A DNA stretch of 64,000 nucleotides. It comes from Escherichia coli (GTDB taxonomy: Bacteria; Pseudomonadota; Gammaproteobacteria; Enterobacterales; Enterobacteriaceae). Position numbers and translations under genes: made by a program. The stretch lies in assembly GCF_003334765.1 (NCBI RefSeq), contig NZ_QOWT01000003.1. One strand, written 5' to 3'. The notes under the pieces are model-generated. The model had not been told where the DNA came from. It saw nothing but the letters and a program-made list of their open reading frames with translations, and did not search any database. Positions 10,967 to 23,393 of the stretch are shown here, piece by piece (within the stretch, counting starts at the first letter, position 1; each line of letters starts with the position of its first letter).

Positions 10967-11698
10967 TCAGGCTGTTACCAAAGAAGTTGCAACCTGGCGC
11001 TCATCAGAAATAATGTGCGTTACCTCATCCAGATGCCCGATGCGGGCTTCCCCTGAACGATTAAATTTACTTTTATCAATCAATAACAACGATTGCGCGG
11101 CACGTTTTAATAGCATCGATTTGTAATCAGCGTTGATCGCATTGGAGTCCCACAGTGCGCCGCTGCTATCGATCCCTTCACAAGAAAAAATAAACAGATC
11201 GATTTCCAGCGATTTAAGTTGGGAAATCAGCGAGGGATTGACGTAACAGCCATATTTGCGCTCAAGTGTGCCGCCGGAACTGATCAGTTGAATGCGTTCG
11301 CGTTTACCGAGTTCATGGCAAATCGGATGGCTATTGGTGAAGACCTGAATGTTGATGTCAGGCAACTGGCGTGCCAGATACCAGCAAGTTGAACTGGCGT
11401 CTAAGGCTATCACCATCCCTTCTTCAATCCACGCGAGCGCCTCGCGCGCGATATCTGCTTTATGCGCATAATGGCTTTTCAGCCTGATGTGAAAGGGATC
11501 GCCACTGTCTTGATTTTGACGGTGGATATATTTAGCGCGTCCATGATTGCGCAGAATTTTACCCTGCGTCTGTAATTCATTGAGATCGCGACGAATGGTT
11601 TCTTTACTGACCTTTAGCTGTTCAGAGAGAGCTTCCGTGGTCAGGCTGGTATGGTTCAGCAGCAGGTCGACTATCGCTTGCTGGCGTGCCGCTTTCAT
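10967..11698 (-). CDS. fucR: DeoR-family activator of the L-fucose regulon
   Basis: ORF-track frame 10967..11707; the product MKAARQQAIVDLLLNHTSLTTEALSEQLKVSKETIRRDLNEL has a DeoR-type HTH; start taken as the ATG at 11698 (243 aa). Confidence 0.9.
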   Translation of the reverse strand: MKAARQQAIVDLLLNHTSLTTEALSEQLKVSKETIRRDLNELQTQGKILRNHGRAKYIHRQNQDSGDPFHIRLKSHYAHKADIAREALAWIEEGMVIALDASSTCWYLARQLPDINIQVFTNSHPICHELGKRERIQLISSGGTLERKYGCYVNPSLISQLKSLEIDLFIFSCEGIDSSGALWDSNAINADYKSMLLKRAAQSLLLIDKSKFNRSGEARIGHLDEVTHIISDERQVATSLVTA

Positions 11699-11755
11699 AT
11701 TTTTCACCCCATCATTCGATAACCGCCCGCGTCATGCGGGCGTACCGGTATGAGA

Positions 11756-12178
11756 TTACGGTGTTACCCCTTTTTTTAAAAGAATATTCCCGTACTTCGC
11801 TCGTTCGCCTGTGATAACGATCGCAAAGGCTTTTTGCGCCCGTTCATAAAACGCAAAACGATTGATGCGGATGATGTCAGGACACGGGGCTTGTAGTGAA
11901 AGCGCATTACGGTAACGTCGTTCTACTTCAGGATCGAGAGTGTCACCTTCTACCGCCGCCATCATCACCAGCGGCGGTGCATAACTGTCCAGTTCAAATA
12001 ACGGGATAATCGCCTGGAGCAAGTCGCTCACCAACAGGCCATCAGCGCGGATCACCTGCGGTCCCATCGAATGGGCGGGAAAGTGAGCATCGGAAAAAAT
12101 AATTTCATCTCCATGTCCCATCTCTGCCAGCACTTTCAATAGTTCGGGAGAAATTAACGGCGAAATTGTTTTCAGCAT
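11756..12178 (-). CDS. fucU: L-fucose mutarotase
   Basis: 140-aa ORF matching FucU (RbsD/FucU family), at the end of fucPIKU. Confidence 0.92.
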
Positions 12179-12179
12179 T

Positions 12180-13598
12180 TCACACTTCCTCTATAAATTC
12201 AGGTTCAGTTTGCGGGTAGAAATAACGGTACTGATAATGAATCTGTGCGCGGGCTTCTTCCGGGCTGTTAAATTCCCCTACGCCATACCAACCGAACAGC
12301 GCAGCTCCTGCGACGGTCGTTTCGGCGTCGTCGAGAACTTTTACCGGAATATCAAGCATATTGGCTTTAATCTGATTCCACAATGTGTTGCGACTTCCTC
12401 CACCGACTAACAATAATTCAGAGGCCTTAAAGTGCCCGATTTTTTCCAGCATCTGTAGATTGCGCTGTAATTGCGCAGTTAACCCTTCCAGCGCCGCGCG
12501 ATAGAAATGCCCCCGCGTGGTATTAAGCGTCACTCCTTGCCAGCCAGCGTTCTGACACGACAATAAATCACACTGCATTTTTACGCCATCCGCGCCAGGC
12601 GCGATCAGACGAGCTTCTTCAATCAACATTTGCCAGGGTGTTTCAGCCGTCCAGAACAGTTTTCTCACCCATTCCAGCACGCCGGATGCCAGCCATTGCA
12701 TACCTGGGTTATACAACCCTGCCTGGCTATCCAGTTCGCAGGTGGAACCGGCGTACTGACTTAACAGCGAAGTATCAACCTGGGCGCTGCGAACCATTAA
12801 AATTTCCCATGTACCGGAAGAGAGCACGGGTTCATTTTGTTCAGCACCAGCGCCAAAAAGGGCGAACTGGGTATCGTGACCTGCGGAAATCACCGGTATG
12901 CCAACGGGTAAGCCGAGCATTGCTGCGGCGCTGTTCTGTAGCGTACCAATCTGTTCACCCGCTTCCACCAGACGAGGGAAGAGTCGGCGTGGAATACCGG
13001 TGGCTTGTAAAATTTGCGGACTGAAATCGCGTTGCTGGATATCCAGCATCTGGCTGGTTCCGGCCATCGTGATATCAGTAGTGAATTCGCCGGTTAAACG
13101 GTGGTTAATCAGCGACGAAATAAAGAGCCAGGCGTGCGCGCGTTCCAGCAGTTGTGGATGATTTTCTTTCAACCACACCAACTTATATAACGTATTGAAA
13201 CTAAAGGCTCCGACGCCAGAAATAGCCTGCAACCGCTGTGCGGAGATTAACCGTTCAATATTGTCCATAACCGCTGCTGTTCGCGGACATTTCCAGCTAA
13301 TAATCGGATAGAGCAGATTGCCTTGCTTATCTACCAGAGCGCCATCCACACCAAAGGTGGTGACGGCGATACCGCGGATGTGGCATTCAGTCAGTTCACT
13401 ATTGATTTGCCGACAGCAATCAGCAAAGCGTTGCAAAATGGCGTCTAAAGACCACTGGTGCCAGGTGTTGTTTTCCATCGCGATATCGCTGGCATTAGGC
13501 GTTGAGGCGCGGGCAACAATTTTGCCCTGCCGATTAACCGCGATGGCCCTGACATTGGTCGCGCCACAGTCGAGTACCAGGATAACTTCTTGTTTCAT
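12180..13598 (-). CDS. fucK: L-fuculokinase
   Basis: ORF-track frame 12180..13628; FGGY kinase starting [21 protein letters not shown] at the ATG at 13598. Confidence 0.92.
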
Positions 13599-13706
13599 AA
13601 TCGCTCCTGCAATATAGCCGGATAACATTGCTTATCCGGCTAACCACTCTTGCTTGTTCAGGCCCGGTAGCCGGAGCGACCGGGCATCACATCAGGGAGT
13701 AATGTA

Positions 13707-15482
13707 TTAACGCTTGTACAACGGACCGTAGTTCTGGCAAGCGCGGTAATCCTGGCCTTCAATATCCATGCCGTGCGCAGCCCAGGCAGAAGGACGATAC
13801 ACTTTGGTCTCTTCAACGTTGTGCATACATACCGGGATACGCAGCATGGAGGCGAGAGTGATAAAGTCTGCGCCAACGTGGCCGATGGTCAGAACCCCAT
13901 GGTTAGCGCCCCAGTTCGCCATTACCGAGTACACATCCGTAAACGGCCCTTTACCGGTGAGGCGCGGTGCAAACCAGGTGGTTGGCCAGGTTGAGTTGGT
14001 GCGTTTGTTGAGGATGTCATGCACATCCTTCGGCAATTCCACGCTCCAGCCTTCCGCGATTTGCAGTACCGGTCCCAGGCCTTTGATGATGTTGACACGA
14101 GTCATGGTGAACGGGACGCCGCCTTCGGTAAGGAAGCGGGAAGAGTAACCGCCGCCACGGAAGTATTCGTGGATCGCCGGGCACCATTCGGTAGCGGCGA
14201 GGCAAGCGTCAGCCTCTTGCTGAGAGATTTCCCAGTGTGGCTTCATCGTCGGGTTACCTTCGCTGTCGCGTTGTTTACAGGAACCGTCCAGCGCAGCAGA
14301 ACCGGAGTTGATCAAATGGATGATGCCGTGTTCTGCCAGTCCATCCAGTTTATGCCCCGTTACACGCTCAATTGCTTCTGGTGACCAGTAGGTACGCACA
14401 TCGGCAAATACCTGAGCGGTGCCGGTGAGCTGGTGACCCATTAGCATTGCCACGCCGTTAAGACTGTCGTTTTCGGTCGCCACGACAAAGGGTTCGCGCA
14501 CGCCATTCCAGTCAAATGAACTGTTGAGGATCGCTTCGGCGGTGTCACCATTGGGATATTGATCGGTCCAGTGACGTTGCCCCTGGAAGCCCGCAGCGAT
14601 GGCGTTGTAGCCAAGTGATTCTTCCACGCGACCAATATCGGCCAGTTTGCTGTTGCCTTGCATCATGTCGCGGATACACATCGCCATCAGTAAACTTTCG
14701 CGCAGAACTGCGCGGCTTTGCTCGGCATTACGTTGATACTGTTTGTTATTTTCATCTTCGCCATAGCGGAAGTTTTTATCAGCCCAGGCCAGTGCCATTT
14801 CCAATTCGGCTTCGTCGTAAATCTTCTGATCGATACGGCGACGCAGTTCGGTCATATCCACCGCCTGGACTTTCATTCCCAGCCAGGATTCAAAGAAGTT
14901 GTGATCAACAATGGAACCGGCGATACCCATCGAAACGCCGCCCAGCGACAGATAGCTTTTACCTTTCATGCTGGCGACGGCCAAACCGGCGCGGGCAAAG
15001 CGCAGCAGTTTTTCTTCAACATCGGCAGGAATCGATGTGTCATCGGCATCCTGAACGTCATGACCGTAAATGGAGAATGCTGGGATGCCTTTCTGGCTGT
15101 GAGCTGCCAGAGCCGCTGCCAGGTAAACAGCGCCGGGGCGTTCAGTGCCGTTAAAGCCCCAAATGGCCTTCGGGCGGGTTGGATCCATGTCGATGGTTTC
15201 ACTGCCATAGCACCAGCAAGGCGTTACCGTAATGGTGAGGCCTACATTCTGACTGCTGAATTTTTCTTCGCAAGCAGCGGCTTCAGCCATACCCGCGATA
15301 CAGGTATCGGAAATGACACACTCGACGGCAGCTCCGCAGGCATGGCGCAGTTTCTCGGTCAGCAGTGCGGCCGTAGCTTTCGCCATATTCATTGTTTGTT
15401 CTTCAAGCGACTCACGAACACCCATGCGACGACCGTCAATAACCGGGCGGATACCAATTTTCGGTAAGCTGATTTTTTTCAT
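13707..15482 (-). CDS. fucI: L-fucose isomerase
   Basis: 591-aa ORF starting [19 protein letters not shown]; matches FucI. Confidence 0.95.
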   Translation of the reverse strand: MKKISLPKIGIRPVIDGRRMGVRESLEEQTMNMAKATAALLTEKLRHACGAAVECVISDTCIAGMAEAAACEEKFSSQNVGLTITVTPCWCYGSETIDMDPTRPKAIWGFNGTERPGAVYLAAALAAHSQKGIPAFSIYGHDVQDADDTSIPADVEEKLLRFARAGLAVASMKGKSYLSLGGVSMGIAGSIVDHNFFESWLGMKVQAVDMTELRRRIDQKIYDEAELEMALAWADKNFRYGEDENNKQYQRNAEQSRAVLRESLLMAMCIRDMMQGNSKLADIGRVEESLGYNAIAAGFQGQRHWTDQYPNGDTAEAILNSSFDWNGVREPFVVATENDSLNGVAMLMGHQLTGTAQVFADVRTYWSPEAIERVTGHKLDGLAEHGIIHLINSGSAALDGSCKQRDSEGNPTMKPHWEISQQEADACLAATEWCPAIHEYFRGGGYSSRFLTEGGVPFTMTRVNIIKGLGPVLQIAEGWSVELPKDVHDILNKRTNSTWPTTWFAPRLTGKGPFTDVYSVMANWGANHGVLTIGHVGADFITLASMLRIPVCMHNVEETKVYRPSAWAAHGMDIEGQDYRACQNYGPLYKR

Positions 15483-15514
15483 TACAGATTCCTCACTTTA
15501 TTCGGAAAATATGT

Positions 15515-16831
15515 TCAGTTAGTTGCCGTTTGAGAACGGAAACGGGCAAAGATAAAGATGACCGCGAAGCAGAGTGCGGGGATCAGTTCAGCAGTGGGGA
15601 TGTTGCCCGCCGCGTCACTGACAAAACCCATGACCGGAGTGACAATACCGCCGCCAATAATGGTCATAACGATGAAGGACGAACCATATTTGGTGTCCTG
15701 GCCGAGATTCTTAATGCCCAGCGAGAAGATTGTTGGGTACTGAATCGACATAAAGGCGCTGCATAAAGTCAGGGCTATTAAGCCCACATGACCGCCAGCG
15801 AAGGCTGAGATCAGGCACAGTGCCATAGCGATTAATGCGTAGGCGGCCAGGACTTTGTGTGGTGCGAAGCGACTGATGAGCCAGGTACCGGTGAAACGAC
15901 CAATAAAGAAGCACACCATGGTTCCGGTTAAATAGTTAGCGGCAAAGCCTGCAGTCATACCTGGAATTTCTTCTACAGCGTAGCGAATCAAATAGCTCCA
16001 GCAGGCCGTTTGTGCGCCGACATAGCAGAATTGCGCTAATACCGCCCAGCGCCAGTGGCGAATACGCGCCAGGCGAGAAAGCGATGCGGAGAACGATCCT
16101 TGTTTGGCGTCACTGTGATTATCACTCTGCAATGCCGGGAATTTCGTCAGCATGATCAGCAGGGCGACCAGTAACACGATAGCCACGATGATCATATAAG
16201 GTGTCTGTACCGATAATACCAGGCTGTGTTTATACGCACTCAATTGCTCTGGAGACATTTTATCGAGAACGTCTTGCGATTGATGTGGCACGTTAGACAA
16301 AATAAGACTTTGCCCAAAGACAACCGCGATAATTGCGCCAAACGAGTTAAATGTTTGCGCAAGATTTAAGCGGAAGTGACCACTACTTTCCGGCCCTAAT
16401 ACCGTAACAAAAGGGTTTGCGGCAGTTTCCAGACAACCTAATCCGGCTGCAATAATAAATAGGCCAACTAAAAATAAGGTGTAGTTCATTATTTCTGCGG
16501 CGGGCCAGAATAATGCAGCACCCAAGGCATATAAAAATAACCCGGTAATAATCCCTGCTTTATAACTGAGTTTTTTCATCAATATCCCAGCAGGGATTGG
16601 GATAATGAAATAACCAAAGTAAAAGGCCGATTGGATCAGGCCAGCCTGGAAATTTGTCAGCGTAAAAGCCTGCTGGAATTGAGGTAATAAAATGTCGTTA
16701 AGGTTATTGGCTACCGCCCAAAGAAAAAACAGTGAGCACAGCAGCGCGAATGGAATAATGTAACTTCTGCTTTGCCCTGCATCTTTATCTACCGCACGGT
16801 AACTCTGCGTTTGTATTGATGTGTTTCCCAT
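15515..16831 (-). CDS. fucP: L-fucose:H+ symporter (MFS)
   Basis: 438-aa polytopic membrane ORF matching FucP. Confidence 0.95.
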   Translation of the reverse strand: MGNTSIQTQSYRAVDKDAGQSRSYIIPFALLCSLFFLWAVANNLNDILLPQFQQAFTLTNFQAGLIQSAFYFGYFIIPIPAGILMKKLSYKAGIITGLFLYALGAALFWPAAEIMNYTLFLVGLFIIAAGLGCLETAANPFVTVLGPESSGHFRLNLAQTFNSFGAIIAVVFGQSLILSNVPHQSQDVLDKMSPEQLSAYKHSLVLSVQTPYMIIVAIVLLVALLIMLTKFPALQSDNHSDAKQGSFSASLSRLARIRHWRWAVLAQFCYVGAQTACWSYLIRYAVEEIPGMTAGFAANYLTGTMVCFFIGRFTGTWLISRFAPHKVLAAYALIAMALCLISAFAGGHVGLIALTLCSAFMSIQYPTIFSLGIKNLGQDTKYGSSFIVMTIIGGGIVTPVMGFVSDAAGNIPTAELIPALCFAVIFIFARFRSQTATN

Positions 16832-17377
16832 AGCATCCTCTTAGGTTCAGAAGCTTAAGCACGTAATCGGTTATGTTTTCAAAAGTGCAAAACCAGCGAG
16901 TTCGGGCTTCATATCAGTGAATATTTGCCTGTCTGAAATGAACTCATGGATTCATTTTCAAATAAAAAACGCTCTGTAATATGACGGCGGTCACACTTAT
17001 TAGCTAGAAGGTGACTTTATGTGACTACCATCACTTTAATAATCGAAATTTCATGCCCGTTTCAGAAAATAAATCATAAAAAACACAAATCAGATGACCG
17101 TATTAATTGTTTGTGCCGAAAACGGTCATTCCGGGCTTGGAGGAATAGAAAAATGACCGTTTTGATAAATATTTTTAAGAGCGGTCATTTTTAATGGGGT
17201 TATAAAAAGAGAACTTGCAGTTATTTACTGTGATTAGTTGAACCAGGTCACAAAATATAAGCTTGTGAATTTCTTTCTTGTTAATCAGGAAGAAGATGGT
17301 GGGTAATTAAACGGCTAATTCAATAGTGTGAAAGGAACAACATTATTGCCCTGTTTTGAATCAGAGAGAGGTAGCTA
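16832..17377. promoter_or_regulatory. Divergent fucPIKUR / fucAO control region
   Basis: 546-bp AT-rich gap between divergent operons; contains two tandem inverted repeats of the form atgaccg-N20/22-cggtcat at about 17094-17130 and 17153-17188 (see findings). Confidence 0.6.
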
Positions 17378-18025
17378 ATGGAACGAAATAAACTTGCTCG
17401 TCAGATTATTGACACTTGCCTGGAAATGACCCGCCTGGGACTGAACCAGGGGACAGCGGGGAACGTCAGTGTACGTTATCAGGATGGGATGCTGATTACG
17501 CCTACAGGCATTCCATATGAAAAACTGACGGAGTCGCATATTGTCTTTATTGATGGCAACGGTAAACATGAGGAAGGAAAGCTCCCCTCAAGCGAATGGC
17601 GTTTCCATATGGCAGCCTATCAAAGCAGACCGGATGCCAACGCGGTTGTTCACAATCATGCCGTTCATTGCACGGCAGTTTCCATTCTTAACCGATCGAT
17701 CCCCGCTATTCACTACATGATTGCGGCGGCTGGCGGTAATTCTATTCCTTGCGCGCCTTATGCGACCTTTGGAACACGCGAACTTTCTGAACATGTTGCG
17801 CTGGCTCTCAAAAATCGTAAGGCAACTTTGTTACAACATCATGGGCTTATCGCTTGTGAGGTGAATCTGGAAAAAGCGTTATGGCTGGCGCATGAAGTTG
17901 AAGTGCTGGCGCAACTTTACCTGACGACCCTGGCGATTACGGACCCGGTGCCAGTGCTGAGCGATGAAGAGATTGCCGTAGTGCTGGAGAAATTCAAAAC
18001 CTATGGGTTACGAATTGAAGAGTAA
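17378..18025 (+). CDS. fucA: L-fuculose-phosphate aldolase
   Basis: 215-aa ORF starting MERNKLARQIIDTCLEMTRLGLNQGTAGNVSVR; class II aldolase; matches FucA. Confidence 0.95.
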   Translation: MERNKLARQIIDTCLEMTRLGLNQGTAGNVSVRYQDGMLITPTGIPYEKLTESHIVFIDGNGKHEEGKLPSSEWRFHMAAYQSRPDANAVVHNHAVHCTAVSILNRSIPAIHYMIAAAGGNSIPCAPYATFGTRELSEHVALALKNRKATLLQHHGLIACEVNLEKALWLAHEVEVLAQLYLTTLAITDPVPVLSDEEIAVVLEKFKTYGLRIEE

Positions 18026-18052
18026 TTTCGTAAAGCAACAAGGAGAAGGATG

Positions 18053-19201
18053 ATGGCTAACAGAATGATTCTGAACGAAACGGCATGGTTTGGTCGGGGT
18101 GCTGTTGGGGCTTTAACCGATGAGGTGAAACGCCGTGGTTATCAGAAGGCGCTGATCGTCACCGATAAAACGCTGGTGCAATGCGGCGTGGTGGCGAAAG
18201 TGACCGATAAGATGGATGCTGCAGGGCTGGCATGGGCGATTTACGACGGCGTAGTGCCCAACCCAACAATTACTGTCGTCAAAGAAGGGCTCGGTGTATT
18301 CCAGAATAGCGGCGCGGATTACCTGATCGCTATTGGTGGTGGTTCTCCACAGGATACTTGTAAAGCGATTGGCATTATCAGCAACAACCCGGAGTTTGCC
18401 GATGTGCGTAGCCTGGAAGGGCTTTCCCCGACCAATAAACCCAGTGTACCGATTCTGGCAATTCCTACCACAGCAGGTACTGCGGCAGAAGTGACCATTA
18501 ACTACGTGATCACTGACGAAGAGAAACGGCGCAAGTTTGTTTGCGTTGATCCGCATGATATCCCGCAGGTGGCGTTTATTGACGCTGACATGATGGATGG
18601 TATGCCTCCAGCGCTGAAAGCTGCGACGGGTGTCGATGCGCTCACTCATGCTATTGAGGGGTATATTACCCGTGGCGCGTGGGCGCTAACCGATGCACTG
18701 CACATTAAAGCGATTGAAATCATTGCTGGGGCGCTGCGAGGATCGGTTGCTGGTGATAAGGATGCCGGAGAAGAAATGGCGCTCGGGCAGTATGTTGCGG
18801 GTATGGGCTTCTCGAATGTTGGGTTAGGGTTGGTGCATGGTATGGCGCATCCACTGGGCGCGTTTTATAACACTCCACACGGTGTTGCGAACGCCATCCT
18901 GTTACCGCATGTCATGCGTTATAACGCTGACTTTACCGGTGAGAAGTACCGCGATATCGCGCGCGTTATGGGCGTGAAAGTGGAAGGTATGAGCCTGGAA
19001 GAGGCGCGTAATGCCGCTGTTGAAGCGGTGTTTGCTCTCAACCGTGATGTCGGTATTCCGCCACATTTGCGTGATGTTGGTGTACGCAAGGAAGACATTC
19101 CGGCACTGGCGCAGGCGGCACTGGATGATGTTTGTACCGGTGGCAACCCGCGTGAAGCAACGCTTGAGGATATTGTAGAGCTTTACCATACCGCCTGGTA
19201 A
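18053..19201 (+). CDS. fucO: L-1,2-propanediol oxidoreductase (iron-containing alcohol dehydrogenase)
   Basis: ORF-track frame 18050..19201; product MANRMILNETAWFGRGAVGAL... matches FucO; start taken as the second ATG. Confidence 0.93.
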   Translation: MANRMILNETAWFGRGAVGALTDEVKRRGYQKALIVTDKTLVQCGVVAKVTDKMDAAGLAWAIYDGVVPNPTITVVKEGLGVFQNSGADYLIAIGGGSPQDTCKAIGIISNNPEFADVRSLEGLSPTNKPSVPILAIPTTAGTAAEVTINYVITDEEKRRKFVCVDPHDIPQVAFIDADMMDGMPPALKAATGVDALTHAIEGYITRGAWALTDALHIKAIEIIAGALRGSVAGDKDAGEEMALGQYVAGMGFSNVGLGLVHGMAHPLGAFYNTPHGVANAILLPHVMRYNADFTGEKYRDIARVMGVKVEGMSLEEARNAAVEAVFALNRDVGIPPHLRDVGVRKEDIPALAQAALDDVCTGGNPREATLEDIVELYHTAW

Positions 19202-19255
19202 ATGCGCTGATGTGATAATGCCGGATACGACGTTTGCGGCGTATCCGGCTCGCCG

Positions 19256-20122
<867 letters not shown>

Positions 20123-21490
20123 TTAATCGCAGGCAACGATCTTCATTGCCAGGCCGCCGCGAGAGGTTTCGCGGTACTTGGCGTTCATATCTTTACCTGT
20201 TTCGTACATGGTTTCGATAACTTTATCGAGGCAGACGCGCGGCTCGCTGGTACGGCGCAGCGCCATACGTGCGGCGTTCACCGCTTTTACTGCCGCAATG
20301 GCGTTACGCTCGATGCATGGCACCTGTACCTGTCCGGCGACCGGGTCACACGTCAGACCGAGGTTGTGCTCCATGGCGATTTCCGCCGCGATGCACACCT
20401 GCGCCGGGCTTGCGCCTAATAGTTCTGCCAGACCAGCCGCCGCCATTGAGCACGCCACGCCAACTTCACCCTGGCAACCCACTTCAGCACCAGAAATCGA
20501 CGCGTTCATCTTATAAAGAGAACCAATGGCGCTGGCTACCAGCAGGTAACGAGCCAGTGAGTTAGCGTTCACTTCGCGGATAAACTTGTCGTAGTACGCC
20601 AGAACTGCCGGGATAATCCCGCACGCACCGTTAGTCGGCGCAGTCACCACGCGACCGCCAGCAGCGTTCTCTTCGTTCACTGCCAGTGCAAACATGTTGA
20701 TCCAGTCAACAACCGCCATCGGGTCAGTGGTGGTTTTATCCTGGCTGACCAGCATCCGGCGTAGTGCCGCAGCACGGCGTGGAACGCGCAGTTTGCCAGG
20801 CAACACGCCTTCGGTGGAAATACCGCGCTCAATACCGCCGCGCATGACTTCCCAGACGTTCGCCAGGTGCTGTTCCAGCTCTTCTTTGCTGTGCAGCGCC
20901 AGCTCGTTTTTCATCATCAGGCCAGAGAGTGACAGCCCGGTTTCCTGACAATGTTTTTGCAGATCGGCTGCTGAACTGTACGGATAAGGAACTTCAACCG
21001 GTGCGCTATCCTGCTGGCCAAAATGCTCTTCATCAACGATAAAGCCACCGCCAATAGAGTAGTAAGTCTGGCTGTAAACGACTTTATCGCCCGCCAGCGC
21101 GGTAATGCGCATACCGTTTTCATGCAGAGAAAGGTTGTCGGCGTGGAAGTTCATGCACTGATCAACCGGGAACTCCACTTCATGCTGACCGTTTGCCAGC
21201 ATCAGGCGACCATGAGTATTCACATCCTGAATAAAACTGGGGATGGAATCGATATCCACGGTATCCGGCAGGTTACCCGCCAGGCCCATAATAATGGCGA
21301 TATCAGTGTGGTGGCCTTTACCGGTCAGAGAGAGCGAGCCGTACACGTCAACCACCACGCGGGTCACGTCTTTAAGCAGGTTACGGGCAATCAGATCGTC
21401 GGTAAATTGTTTACCCGCTTTCATTGGTCCAACGGTATGAGAACTGGAAGGGCCAATGCCGATTTTGAAAATATCGAATACGCTAATCAT
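20123..21490 (-). CDS. sdaB: L-serine dehydratase 2
   Basis: 455-aa ORF starting MISVFDIFKIGIGPSSSHTVGPM, the Fe-S L-serine dehydratase signature. Confidence 0.95.
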   Translation of the reverse strand: MISVFDIFKIGIGPSSSHTVGPMKAGKQFTDDLIARNLLKDVTRVVVDVYGSLSLTGKGHHTDIAIIMGLAGNLPDTVDIDSIPSFIQDVNTHGRLMLANGQHEVEFPVDQCMNFHADNLSLHENGMRITALAGDKVVYSQTYYSIGGGFIVDEEHFGQQDSAPVEVPYPYSSAADLQKHCQETGLSLSGLMMKNELALHSKEELEQHLANVWEVMRGGIERGISTEGVLPGKLRVPRRAAALRRMLVSQDKTTTDPMAVVDWINMFALAVNEENAAGGRVVTAPTNGACGIIPAVLAYYDKFIREVNANSLARYLLVASAIGSLYKMNASISGAEVGCQGEVGVACSMAAAGLAELLGASPAQVCIAAEIAMEHNLGLTCDPVAGQVQVPCIERNAIAAVKAVNAARMALRRTSEPRVCLDKVIETMYETGKDMNAKYRETSRGGLAMKIVACD

Positions 21491-21547
21491 AGGAAATACA
21501 TCGCGTTAAAACGGAGGAAGCGCCGCCCGAAAGCGGCGCGAAAGGAC

Positions 21548-22837
21548 TTAGCTGAACAGAGAGTAGAAGATTGCGGAGATTGCAATCAGACCCATCACGA
21601 CAACGAATACGTTGCTGATGTGACCGCTGTACTTACGCATTGCCGGTACTTTCTGAATTGCGTACATCGGCATCAGGAACAGGATCATCGCGATGATTGG
21701 ACCGCCCAGGGTTTCAATCATACCCAGGATGCTCGGGTTCAGGGTGGCAACAATCCAGGTCGTTACCAGCATGAACAGCGCAGTGATACGGTTCAGCTTG
21801 TTGATTTCGATAGACTTACCTTTACCACGCAGAGATTTAATCACCATACCGTTGAAGCCTTCACGTGCGCCCAGGTAGTGACCGAGGAAGGATTTGGTGA
21901 TAGCGATAATCGCGATAATCGGAGCCATCCACGCGATAACCGGTGCGTTAAAGTGGTTAGCCAGGTAAGACAGAATCGAGATGTTCTGCTCTTTAGCCGC
22001 AGCCAGGTCTGCCGGAGTCAGGCTCAGTACACAGCTGAAGACGAAGAACATTACGGTCAGCACCATCATGATGTGTGCGAATGCCAGGATCTTCGAGCAT
22101 TTCTGTTCTGCCATATCGCCGTACTCTTCACGCTTCGCAACGGCGAAAGAAGAGATGATCGGAGAGTGGTTGAACGAGAACACCATTACCGGAATTGCCA
22201 GCCACAGGGTCATCCACAGACCGTTTCCGGTTGCAGATGCAGTGTCCAGAGACAGCGTTTCCAGTGCAGCGCCGTTCCACTGCGGGATCAGGTACAGAGC
22301 CAGCAGCATCAGTACGCCAACAAACGGGAATACCAGAATACTCATCGCTTTAACGATCATCTGCTCACCGAAGCGAACGATGGTCATCATACCCACGATC
22401 AGGATCAGCGACAGAATCGCACGCGGCGGTGGCGTCATACCCAGCTGGTGAGACATGAAGCTTTCAACGGTATTGGTGATTGCCACGCTATAAACCAGCA
22501 GGATCGGGTAGATAGCGAAGAAGTAGAGCAGGGTAATCAGTTTACCTGCGCCAATACCAAAGTGTTCTTCTACAACCTCGGTGATGTCTTCGCCCGGGTT
22601 TTTACCAGACAGTACGAAGCGAGTCAGGCCGCGGTGAGCAAAAAACGTCATCGGGAACGCAAGGATAGCCATGATGATCAGCGGGATCATACCGCCAACA
22701 CCGGCGTTGATTGGCAGGAACAGCACGCCCGCGCCGATTGCCGTGCCGTAAAGGCCCAGCATCCACATGGTGTCTGTCTTGCGCCAGGCACTACGAGAGT
22801 CTTTCGACGCAATCGTGCTGGTTTGAGTCGTTTCCAT
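21548..22837 (-). CDS. sdaC: Serine:H+ symporter
   Basis: 429-aa polytopic membrane ORF matching SdaC, upstream of sdaB in the same operon. Confidence 0.95.
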   Translation of the reverse strand: METTQTSTIASKDSRSAWRKTDTMWMLGLYGTAIGAGVLFLPINAGVGGMIPLIIMAILAFPMTFFAHRGLTRFVLSGKNPGEDITEVVEEHFGIGAGKLITLLYFFAIYPILLVYSVAITNTVESFMSHQLGMTPPPRAILSLILIVGMMTIVRFGEQMIVKAMSILVFPFVGVLMLLALYLIPQWNGAALETLSLDTASATGNGLWMTLWLAIPVMVFSFNHSPIISSFAVAKREEYGDMAEQKCSKILAFAHIMMVLTVMFFVFSCVLSLTPADLAAAKEQNISILSYLANHFNAPVIAWMAPIIAIIAITKSFLGHYLGAREGFNGMVIKSLRGKGKSIEINKLNRITALFMLVTTWIVATLNPSILGMIETLGGPIIAMILFLMPMYAIQKVPAMRKYSGHISNVFVVVMGLIAISAIFYSLFS

Positions 22838-23393
22838 CTATTTCTCCTGGAGGAATGCAAATAATTCAGCTTTTAGCCAGTTCAGCCCGGGAAGGTGCCT
22901 GACCGTAAAAATGAAATCTGTCTATCGGCGATGGCTTAATCATTTACCGCCGTAATAATTTGAGGGCGGAAAGATACACACAAGTTATGTATCTATCAGT
23001 GATCTTGATCTCAAATACAATAATCTACTTGGAAGATAGATTATCCCAACGCTTTACTCTGTAAATCAAAAGTAAAAGAGAATTTAAGGGCAATATTTGC
23101 CCATTAAACGACATCTGACTTCTTCCGGGGCGCGCAATATATGTAGGTTGAACTGAAAAAATCAATACTTTTAGTTAATCATGGCGATAATTTCTTTTTC
23201 ATAGCGATAAAATACGGTTTATGAAAATAGGGAAACGTTTGCGTTGCAACATAAATTGTATGACATATTAACTGTGATGATATTTGTCGCGTGAGGGTGG
23301 TAAGAAACATTCATATAACAAATGAAATGAGTTGATGAGTAAGTGACCAAAAACGAGAAAACCCGGCAACAAACGTCACCGGGGGAGCGGAGA

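Noticed and set aside
14718-15467. 249-aa + strand ORF inside fucI
   Set aside because: Antisense to L-fucose isomerase; no SD sequence or domain signature; a shadow ORF.
17221-17260. CRP site in the fuc control region at tgtgattagttgaaccaggtcaca
   Set aside because: The spacing between TGTGA and TCACA is 14 nt rather than 6, so it does not fit the CRP consensus; the fuc promoters are CRP-dependent, but I could not place the site confidently.
21023-22864. 613-aa ORF on the + strand spanning the sdaB/sdaC region
   Set aside because: It is antisense to two well-supported genes (sdaB, sdaC) and its translation is low-complexity and rich in R/H/Q with no recognisable domain; a chance open frame.
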